A model generated the notes under the pieces. It was not told where the DNA came from and ran no database searches. It saw only the letters and a list, made by a program, of their open reading frames with translations. Positions 48,355-56,290 of a stretch of 64,000 nt of DNA are shown one piece after another (the first letter of the stretch is position 1; the number at the start of each line of letters is the position of its first letter). The position numbers were made by a program, and so were the translations under genes. The stretch lies in assembly GCA_963841435.1 (NCBI GenBank), contig CAWJCS010000004.1, positions 128,001-192,000 of the forward strand, read 5' to 3'. Source of the stretch: an uncultured delta proteobacterium (GTDB taxonomy: Bacteria > Myxococcota_A > Polyangia > Polyangiales > Polyangiaceae).

Positions 48355-48833
48355 GGCGGTGATCCTTTCTCTTCGGGTAGGAGGTCGTCGGGTTCGACGA
48401 ACCCGTGCCGTTGCATGGTCGAATACCGTTCCCCCAGCTCCGGAAAGGTCGGACTGCGCAACGCGCCGTGGACCCAGGCCTCCACGGCGCGAGCGAGCCG
48501 GATCACCTCGTCCACGCTTCCTCGAACGTACAAATCCCCGCACTCGGCCGCACGAGCCAACGAGAGGCTCCCGGCGACGATCGCATCGAGGCAGTCTTCG
48601 GTCACGCGGATGGCGAGCCGAGCAGGCCCGCGACCACCGACCATCGGCGCTACCCACGGGGGGCCGCCGTCCAGGCGCACCAGCGAGGGGCGCGCACGCC
48701 CGACGACGAGTCGCACGTCGAGCCCGGACAGCTCCGCCTGGAGCGCGGCGAAATGGACGGGCGCTTCGCGGGCGAGGAGCGAAAGCGAGTCCTCGAGCAG
48801 TTGGACCACGGGGTGCAGGCCGGGATCAGCCAC
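48315..48833 (-). CDS. SCP2 sterol/lipid-binding domain protein
   Basis: LDAIVAGSLSLARAAECGDLYVRGS matches the SCP2 C-terminal signature; overlaps both neighbours. Confidence 0.65.
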   Translation of the reverse strand: MADPGLHPVVQLLEDSLSLLAREAPVHFAALQAELSGLDVRLVVGRARPSLVRLDGGPPWVAPMVGGRGPARLAIRVTEDCLDAIVAGSLSLARAAECGDLYVRGSVDEVIRLARAVEAWVHGALRSPTFPELGERYSTMQRHGFVEPDDLLPEEKGSPPWADREMKDARSS

Positions 48834-49904
48834 GCATGAACTCCCCGACAGCGCTGCCGCTTCTGCTGAACGGTCCGCCCTGCGTGGTGCCGCACAGCGA
48901 CGCGTCGCCCACGGCTTCGTTGAGCAGCATCAAGCGGAACGGATCGCGGTCGCCCGGCACCCCGATGCGGGCCACGGCACGTGGCCGGAAGACGAGCTCG
49001 AGCTCGTCGCCGTATCCGTGCGCCTTGACCGAGAGTGCTTCGGGTACGCCGGCGGCCGGCCCAGGCGCGATCAGGTTCGCGATGCGCGGCAGCGTGAGCC
49101 CGGGCGACGCCGCGCACGCACCCGTTGGCCGAAAGTCGAGCTCGTGACCCTGGAAGATGCGCTCGAGCCGCGAACGACGCCAGAAGAGCAGGGTCTGGCT
49201 CAGTGTTCGCTCTCGACGCCCGTCGGACACACGCGCCCACACGGCGGTGAGCTGATCGCGGTCGTCGTCGTCTGCGTCGTCGTCTGCGTGCGCATATCCC
49301 CACTCCCAGCTGATGTCGTCTCCCCAGTCGAACTGACCCCAGTTGTGGTCGTGATAAGCGGGCGCGCCCGTCAGCTCGAAGCGCTGCCCCGAGAGGTAGA
49401 GCCTCCCCCAGGTCGAAAGGCGCGCCACCATCAGCCAGTGCATCGCCGTCCGGGGACCGAGTCGGACGCACGTTGGCGTGGTCGGCGGGAAGAGCGGCGT
49501 CAGCACGAGAATCCGCCTCGATCTCCGCGCTGCGGAGCGAGAGGTGATAGTCGCCGCCCTTCACCGCGAGCGCATGATTGCCGGCCCGCAGCGCGACGCG
49601 GCCCAGCAATCCACGGACGAGGGAGGCGTCGAAGCGCTCGAACGTCTCCGTTCCAGCGCGTGTGGTGACCGAGCAGGAACAGCCGAAAGCGGGGCACCCC
49701 GCCCTCCGTGCCCAGCTCGTGGCACAGGTTGAAATTGACGAGCAAGAGGCCGCCGCCCGGCAGGGAGACGCAGAAGTGCATCCACTCTTTGTAGTTGTGA
49801 GTCCTGCCGCCGAGCGACGGCTCGCAGCGCCAGCCGTCAACTTCGTCGAGCCCAGCTGCCGCCCCCGCGTAGCCGGGCTCGCGGGAAGCCTCGAGCGCTG
49901 TCAT
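48826..49904 (-). CDS. CrtC/AttH/tocopherol-cyclase-like beta-barrel enzyme, with frameshifts at ~49641 and ~49510
   Basis: YKEWMHF, HWL, AYHDHNWG, WEWGY motifs lie across three frames joined by single-base corrections. ATG 49904 overlaps the upstream TGA. Confidence 0.65.
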
Positions 49905-50195
49905 CGGAGCACTCTTCGCGGCGGTCCAGGCGGGTCGCTCGAAGACGGTGCTTCGCTCTGGGCCTCGTCGTGGCCGGCCGGTGCAACGTCCGCGGCGGAC
50001 GCCCCGAGCAGCGTGTGGTGGAGCGAGAATCAGTCCGAGCAGGGCGTGCGTGAAGCGACGCGCATGGGGAACGGGCGGGGGATTGCCCGGGATCCGCACG
50101 AGGTCGCTGACCCGATCACCGACCGACAGACAGCCGAGAACGAGCTCCAGCAAGCGGTCCTGAGATTCGAAACATTCGATTCGTCGGTCCAGCAT
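49901..50195 (-). CDS. Hypothetical protein (~97 aa) hidden by a frameshift at ~50028
   Basis: Removing one base gives ..LLGLISLHHTLLGAS..RRVLR* with GC3-rich codons and a stop forming an ATGA overlap with the next gene. Confidence 0.6.
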
Positions 50196-50199
50196 GGCG

Positions 50200-50577
50200 T
50201 CAGCCGCGCTCCGAGGAGCCGGGAAACAGGGTCGCCAGCAACGCCTCCCGCTCGGGCGAGGCACTCGCGGCGGCGATCGCCGTGACGACGGTGGAGGGTA
50301 GGCCATGCTCCGGCTCCTCCTCGGTCCACAGCGTCGCGCCCTGCCAGACGAGTAGCGCCCGCTCGAGCAGCTTCGATTGTGCGATCCGCTCCCGCCATTT
50401 GTTCCCCATGGCCGTCTGAGCGAAGAGCCGGCCCTCCCGCTCGAGCGCGCTGAACAGCGCGCGGGTGGCCTCCGGATGGGCAAGGACGGCGCGCTGGAGG
50501 CTCTGCAACAGATCGCCGATCGCCCGCTCGTCGGCGTCCCGGAGGACGAGCTCGGGCATGTCTTGGTTCTCGCTCAT
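50200..50577 (-). CDS. Hypothetical helical protein (125 aa)
   Basis: ATGA overlap with the upstream gene; MSENQDMPELVLR..AVLAHPEA..LEREGRLFAQT..W. Confidence 0.7.
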   Translation of the reverse strand: MSENQDMPELVLRDADERAIGDLLQSLQRAVLAHPEATRALFSALEREGRLFAQTAMGNKWRERIAQSKLLERALLVWQGATLWTEEEPEHGLPSTVVTAIAAASASPEREALLATLFPGSSERG

Positions 50578-51143
50578 GCGTCGCCACTCTCTGCATTCGG
50601 GCCGACGATTTCGACCTCGAGCCAGATGCGCTCGCGCGACACGCCTGCTCGGCACTCGACGGGTACGGTCACCGAGTCTCCCGCGGCGCCGCCGGTCGCC
50701 TTCACCGAAACCCGCACGACTCGGCTTTCGTTCACACCGAGGTCGCCTCGGGGGGGAGAAAGGCTGACCGTCACTCGGGGTGACTCCGGTGTCGCGTCGC
50801 CGAGGACCAGCTCGAAATGTGCCGGGCGCGGCGTCGAGTTCGTCACGCGGAAGCGTCCCGCCGCCGTGCCGCCGGGCGCGACCGAGAGGGCGAGCTCCTG
50901 GTGAACGTGGCGCACCGCGTTCTTCCGAGCGGCCCCGAGCGTCTGCTCGAGGAACCGCTCCGTGGCGAGGTGCTCTCGGTGAAGGCGCTCGGCCCGTGCG
51001 TCGAGATGCTCGAGCACGGAGGTTTGCTGGTCGTCGCCCGCCTGCGTCCGGAGCCGCGCTTGCTTTTTCCGATGCAGAGAGAGCAGGGCGGCAACGACCC
51101 CGTCCTCGGCGTTCTTCTGCTCGCGTGGTGATCCGTATCCCAT
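50574..51143 (-). CDS. Hypothetical protein with helical N-terminus and Ig-like C-terminal domain
   Basis: APGGTAAGRFRVTN..LSPPRGDLGVNESRVVRVSV beta-sandwich pattern; AAGGA upstream. Confidence 0.7.
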   Translation of the reverse strand: MGYGSPREQKNAEDGVVAALLSLHRKKQARLRTQAGDDQQTSVLEHLDARAERLHREHLATERFLEQTLGAARKNAVRHVHQELALSVAPGGTAAGRFRVTNSTPRPAHFELVLGDATPESPRVTVSLSPPRGDLGVNESRVVRVSVKATGGAAGDSVTVPVECRAGVSRERIWLEVEIVGPNAESGDA

Positions 51144-51158
51144 TTTCAAGCAGTCCTT

Positions 51159-52380
51159 TCAGCGTGCTCTCTGCAAGACGAACTCGACCAAATCGCGTAA
51201 GAACCGCGCGTGGACGGAGCGATCCGTGCTCGGCCACTGTCGCTCGAGCGCACGGGATGCACGGCCGGCGAAGCGCTCCGCGATCGAACGCGCGTGCCGC
51301 AAGCTCGCGCCGCCGCGCCCGGCGATCAGCTCACGGAGCCGCTGCAGCCGTTCGGCGTCGTCGCGGGTGCGTGCGTCGGGATCGAGAGCCTGGGTGAGTA
51401 AGGCTCGCTCGGCCGAGTCGAGCCCCTGCGTCGTGTCGAGCACGCGCGCGAGCAGCGCGCGGTGCTCCGGGGTCGCGCTCGGCCCTTGTCGTCGTCGCTG
51501 CACGGCCGTCATGATGTCCAGGACTTCGCGCCAATCTCCTTCGGGCAGGGCACGCAAGGCGTGGAGCAGAGGTAGCGTGTATTTCCCTTCCCACAGGTCG
51601 CCGAGCGTGTCCTTGCCGATGGACGACTCGGGGAGCTCCAGGCTCAGGAGGTCGTCTTTGATCTGGAAGGCGATGCCCAAGCTGACGGCGAAGTAGCCGA
51701 GTCGTCGCTGCACCTCCGGGCCTGCTCCCGCTGCAAGCGCGCCGAGCATGACGGGTGCGACGAAGGAATAAAAGCTCGTCTTCTTGTGCACCATCCGCAG
51801 GTAGTCCCGGTCACCGAGATCGGTGCGCCGCGCGCGAATCCACGCGAGCTCGAGCATCTGCCCCTCGACGGACTCCCGCAAAATCCTGGAGAAGAGGCGC
51901 AAGAATCTCCAGCGCTCGGCCGAGCCCCAACACCTCGATGTTGCCGAGCAGCGGCTCGAGGGCGAGCGCGAACAGCCCGTCTCCCACGTTGACTGCAATG
52001 GGCATTCCGTGCGCCTCGTGCAACGTCGGTCCGTGACGGCGTAGGCGAGAGCCATCCTCGATGTCGTCGTGAATCAGAAATGCATTGTGAAAGAGCTCGA
52101 GCGCCGCCGCCGACGGCAGCGCGAGCTGGACGTCCCCCCCGAGCGCAGCGCACACCGCGAAGCACAGCGCCGGACGCAGGGCCTTCGCCGGTCGCATGGG
52201 ATAGTCGAGCATCAGCTCGTAGAGATCGGCCGTGTGTCTCCGCTCGCGCGGCACGCGACGTTCGATTTCGTGGAGTACCAGCTCTCGACTGTGCAAAAGA
52301 TATGTCTCGAGTCGTCCGCTTGGAGATGCCGACCTGGCGCGGGAAGACGACGGTGGTCGGATCGCGGTCACTTCCGGCAT
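51159..52380 (-). CDS. Polyprenyl (trans-isoprenyl) diphosphate synthase family protein, split by a frameshift at ~51904
   Basis: KALRP, HNAFLIHDDIED..RRHGPTLH, AVNVGD, GQMLE, KKT, FQIKDDLL, DLWEGKYT. Confidence 0.88.
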
Positions 52381-52593
52381 GGCACTGGCTTCTTGGGCTG
52401 CAACGTGACGGGAACGCGGCCGTTGCCGGGGGGGGCGCCGGCGCGGCGGAGCGAGCCCGCCATAACCTCGCGCTGTGCGCCTGTCGATTGCAGCCGCTCG
52501 CAGGGTCCCGACTTCGCTCGAGGAAGACGCGTCGGCGCGACGCCGAGACGCTCCCTTCCATGCCACCTAGGCCGGTGGTCTACTCGGGCCGAA

Positions 52594-53511
52594 ATGGCCG
52601 AGCTCCACGAGGTCCATGGCACTCGACGTTCCCATCTGCTCGCCGAGCACCTGGTGGGCAGGAGCACCCAGTGCGCGTTGCGGCTCGCCCAGAATTACGT
52701 TTCGGCGCAACACGCGCTCGTGCGGTGGAACGGTGCGGGGTGGGAGCTCATCGACCGTGGCAGCCGCAACGGCACGCATCTCGACGGCACTCTCCTGCGT
52801 CCGGGGCGCGCCTATCCGCTGCGCCAAGGCTCTCGGATCGCGTTTGGCAGCGTGAACGATTGTTGGGAGCTCGTCGATGCAACCGAACCGCTGGCGGTGG
52901 TCGTTCGACTCGACACCGACGAGCAGCTCTCCAGCGTCGACGGAATCATCGGGATTCCTTCGGCAAGCGACCCGCAGTGCACGCTTTATCGCGGGAGCTC
53001 GGGCCACTGGCAATTGGAGTTTGCCGACGGTCACGCGCTCAGTCTGAGGGAGCGTCACACCTTCACGGTCGGAGGGCAGACGTGGTGCTTTTACGCCCCG
53101 GGACCGGTGACGGCCACTGCGACGGCGGAATTGATCAGTGGCAGGGTGGCACCGGCTCTTTCGTTCGCCGTGTCGAGCGACGAAGAGTTCGTGGCGCTTT
53201 CACTCGAGTACGAGGATCGCGTCATCGAGCTCGGCTCTCGGGCCCACAACTACCTCTTGCTCGTTCTGGCGCGCGCGCGCATCACCGACCGCGAGGGTGG
53301 GGTCTCCGAGGGGGAGTGCGGCTGGACCACGAAGGACCAGCTCGCCGAAGATCTCAAGGTCAGCCCGCCCCAGGTGGATGGGGAAGTGTTTCGTATTCGG
53401 AAGCACTTCGCGCAGCATGGCCCGGACGAGGCGGCCACCGTCATCGAGCGGCGACCCGGGACCCGCCAGCTCCGTCTCGGGTTCTCCCGCATCCACATCC
53501 AGGAACGCTAG
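52594..53511 (+). CDS. FHA-domain protein with putative C-terminal winged-helix DNA-binding domain
   Basis: FHA motifs VGRS, VSAQHA, DRGSRNGT; C-terminus LL.LAR..GW....LA..L....VDGEVFRIRK..IERRPG. Confidence 0.8.
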   Translation: MAELHEVHGTRRSHLLAEHLVGRSTQCALRLAQNYVSAQHALVRWNGAGWELIDRGSRNGTHLDGTLLRPGRAYPLRQGSRIAFGSVNDCWELVDATEPLAVVVRLDTDEQLSSVDGIIGIPSASDPQCTLYRGSSGHWQLEFADGHALSLRERHTFTVGGQTWCFYAPGPVTATATAELISGRVAPALSFAVSSDEEFVALSLEYEDRVIELGSRAHNYLLLVLARARITDREGGVSEGECGWTTKDQLAEDLKVSPPQVDGEVFRIRKHFAQHGPDEAATVIERRPGTRQLRLGFSRIHIQER

Positions 53512-53574
53512 TGCGGCGCGCCACCCGTCGAGCGCGGTCCGGCCAGAGCGGGCGGACCGGGATCGGGCATGCAG

Positions 53575-53658
53575 CTAGGTTTGGGCCTGCGACGTTTCGA
53601 GCTTGACCAGAAGCTCGGCCAGCTGTTTCTGCTCGGCGGTCGATAGCGCGCCGTCCAT
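53575..53658 (-). pseudogene. C-terminal fragment resembling the last helix of a MarR-type regulator
   Basis: MDGALSTAEQKQLAELLVKLETSQAQT* fits the L[ST].EE...L..LL.KL pattern. Confidence 0.5.
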
Positions 53659-53659
53659 C

Positions 53660-53887
53660 GACGAGCACGACGCTGCCCGCAAGCAGGCCGGGATCATCGG
53701 CTACGCCGTCAACCGCCGCGCCGACAAACCGAACACGGTGGTGGTCTACCTACAGGCCGAATCGCTCGACCAGCTGAAGGCGTTCGCGTCGTCGCCGGAT
53801 CTCAAGGCGGCGATGCAGAAGGCCGGCGTCGTCGGCGCGCCGCAGATCAACTTCGTCCAGGGTCAGGACTGGGCCGTCTACGAGTAG
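53660..53887 (+). pseudogene. 5'-truncated DUF3764-like (dimeric alpha-beta barrel) protein
   Basis: DEHDAARKQAGI..DKPNTVVV..FASSPDLKAAMQKAGVVGAP; the usual N-terminal H.V.D...W...F segment is absent. Confidence 0.6.
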
Positions 53888-53907
53888 CCGGGGCCCGGTG
53901 GCCGCGG

Positions 53908-56091
53908 CTATTTTCCCCGTGGCGGCTCGCTTTCGGTTGTTCGCTCGGACGATGGCGCCATTTCGCCACCGCGAGGTTCGAGCCTCAAGCCGCGCCGCAG
54001 CTCGTCGAACAGGTCGCGCTCCTTGCGGCGTGGTCCGCTCGACCCTTCGACGAGCAGCGCCGCGAAGAGCAGCGAGCAGACGGGCGCCGGCAGGACGTTC
54101 TCGAGGTACTCGAGCGCAGTACCGCGCAGGCGCTCGTCCTTGCTCGAAAGCGCGCTGCGCGCGAGGCGAAACGCCTCGGGATCGAACGCAAGGCCGAGCA
54201 CACCCAGCGCATGATCAGCGCGTTTTTCCGCCGCTGCTTCTTCGCCCGAGAGCTCGCGAGTGGCGACCGACACCGCCGTCTCCCGAGTCACGGGGGAGGC
54301 GACGCCCCTATGCAACATCTCCTCGAGGCCCTGCTCGACGTGCACCCGCACGTCGAAGTCCGGGTCTTGAAGGGCCCGCGCGAGGGCTGCCGCGGCCCGC
54401 TCGCCGCGTGCGTTCGTGAGCACGCGGACCAAGCGTCGCCGTACGGTAGGAGAGAAGTTTCGGTGGTCGAGCAACGCGTCGGCGAGCTGACCCGTGATGT
54501 GTTCGGCGAGTCTTCCCAGCGTCTGCATGGCCTCGGCACCGACGTCATCGCGTTCCACGAGCGGAATCACGAGGGTGGCAAGGGGGGGCTCGACCGCCCG
54601 GAGCGCGCTCCGCACCCGTTCGGGATCCCTGGAAAGTAGGTTCGAAACCACGAGCGGCAAGCCGCGCAGCGGGCTCGTTTCGGCGCGCGTTCGCGACCGA
54701 AGGGCGTCGTTCCCAAGGGCTCGGGCGAGTCGCTCCGCTGGTGGCGGGTCCTTTTGGAGCTGCTCGATTTCGCCGAGCAGCCGGTTGCGATCGAGGTGGC
54801 CCAGCGTCTGCGACAGGGTCAAGCGGGTCGTGCGATCGTGAACCTCGGAGTCATCGAGCACCGTCACTCCGCTGCGCAAGCTCGCAGCAAGCTCGACGAC
54901 GTACCCTTGATACAAGCGAGCTGCGAGGACGAAGGTCCCGACGGCGAGCAACACTGCCGAAAGTGTCGCGCCCGCGATCGCGGCCGTCGGCACCAAGAGG
55001 ACCAGCCCCCAGCACAGGGCGCTGCCCAGCGCGTCGCCGAGCTTGTCGAACATCACGTCGATCAGCGACTTGGTCGAACGTTTTCGGTCCTCGGAGAGCG
55101 GGGTGTAGAGGGGCTCGTAGGCGGAACGAAAGAGCGAGCTCGTCAAAGCGCCGTCCGCGCCCCTGAGGAACGTCTGGGTCCCGAGACCAGGGACCAAGAG
55201 TGCGAAGAGCCCCGAAATCGCCACGACTCCCGGTAGGCCGGCCAGCGCGACGCCGAGGCCGGCCTTATCGAGCAGGGGCGGTGTCGCGAAGCATTGCACC
55301 AGAAAGCTCGTGACGCTGACGGCCATGTAGAAAATCGAGAAAAACTTTACGAGCGCCGCGGCGTCTCGGAAGTGTTCCATCGCGCGCGCCTTGAACGCAA
55401 AGTCCATGGCGCTCGAAGCGAGCGCGGTGAGTCCGACGAAGAGGGCGAGATCACGCAGGTAGCGAGAGTCGAGCGTGGCGTTCCGCGGGGTCTGGGGGAC
55501 GGGTGGCGCCAGGGCGGCTCGGGTGCGCAAGAGCCAGATGGGAAGCGCTGCGCAAGCGCTCATCATGCAGAGCGCCAGCAAGGTGTGGCGCGCCTCCGTC
55601 CAAGCCGACACTCGCTCCGCCGCCAGGGCCCCGAGAAATCCCCCGACGCTCGCGCCGAGTCCGATGCGGGCGACCGCCAGGCGGAGGGTGCGCGGGTCGA
55701 AGCGCTCGTTGACTACCGACCAGAATCCGCTCACGACGAGGCCGGCGACGGCTGAAACGTGGAGGTAGAGGATCAAGGCCACCGTGCGGGGAGCCGTCTC
55801 GAATGCAGCGTGCTCCAGCGCGAAACCCAAGGCGCTCGCGAACAGCAGTGACATCACGCTTCGCACGGGTCCGAAGGCGCGAAAGATCCGGGAGGCGGCG
55901 AGCGCGGTGAGCACGGACAAAAGGGCGCCACCCGTCATGGCCTTGGGCAGGTCGGTCGCGGGAAAATACGCGCAAAACAGCGCGTCCCGGACGGACTTTC
56001 CCGCGACGGTCAGTGCAATCACCACGCTCGAGCAGACCAGTGCTGTCCCGACTGCCGCGCGCGACGCCGGAGGAAAGGGATTCGAAGGCAC
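53908..56091 (-). CDS. NTT/Npt1-like (TLC ATP/ADP transporter family) domain fused to HEAT repeats
   Basis: KSVRDALF, FWSVVNERFDPR, GASVGGFLG, DFAFK, RSAYEPLYTPL..KSLIDV..DKLGD; HEAT motifs LQDPDFDVR, LRGTALEYLEN. Start approximate. Confidence 0.8.
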   Translation of the reverse strand: MPSNPFPPASRAAVGTALVCSSVVIALTVAGKSVRDALFCAYFPATDLPKAMTGGALLSVLTALAASRIFRAFGPVRSVMSLLFASALGFALEHAAFETAPRTVALILYLHVSAVAGLVVSGFWSVVNERFDPRTLRLAVARIGLGASVGGFLGALAAERVSAWTEARHTLLALCMMSACAALPIWLLRTRAALAPPVPQTPRNATLDSRYLRDLALFVGLTALASSAMDFAFKARAMEHFRDAAALVKFFSIFYMAVSVTSFLVQCFATPPLLDKAGLGVALAGLPGVVAISGLFALLVPGLGTQTFLRGADGALTSSLFRSAYEPLYTPLSEDRKRSTKSLIDVMFDKLGDALGSALCWGLVLLVPTAAIAGATLSAVLLAVGTFVLAARLYQGYVVELAASLRSGVTVLDDSEVHDRTTRLTLSQTLGHLDRNRLLGEIEQLQKDPPPAERLARALGNDALRSRTRAETSPLRGLPLVVSNLLSRDPERVRSALRAVEPPLATLVIPLVERDDVGAEAMQTLGRLAEHITGQLADALLDHRNFSPTVRRRLVRVLTNARGERAAAALARALQDPDFDVRVHVEQGLEEMLHRGVASPVTRETAVSVATRELSGEEAAAEKRADHALGVLGLAFDPEAFRLARSALSSKDERLRGTALEYLENVLPAPVCSLLFAALLVEGSSGPRRKERDLFDELRRGLRLEPRGGEMAPSSERTTESEPPRGK

Positions 56092-56290
56092 CGTCGTGAG
56101 TTTGCTCGTAGGACCACGTCGCTGCGCCGCTGGCAAGGCCGCTTGGCGGCGGCCGGAGGGGTGCACCTCATCACCCGATCGTGACTGCGGGTGGGCGACA
56201 ATTCCGCAAATTTTGCGCACCGGGGCGCGCAGCGGGCGCCTCGCGGATCCGGTGTCGAGCGATCGTTGCCCGGGATAGAGTCGCGACGAA

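Noticed and set aside
45232-52380. Calling the operon a carotenoid (crt) or hopanoid (hpn) cluster
   Set aside because: No phytoene/squalene synthase or squalene-hopene cyclase is in the window; similarities are only at superfamily level.
8356-52380. Programmed ribosomal frameshifting or true pseudogenes as the explanation for split genes
   Set aside because: No slippery heptamers or other decay were seen, and the shared sequence context favours sequencing error; read-level data are needed to be sure.
53885-53910. Short inverted repeat TAGCCG..CGGCTA between convergent stops as a terminator
   Set aside because: The stem is short and the loop long, so it could arise by chance in GC-rich DNA.
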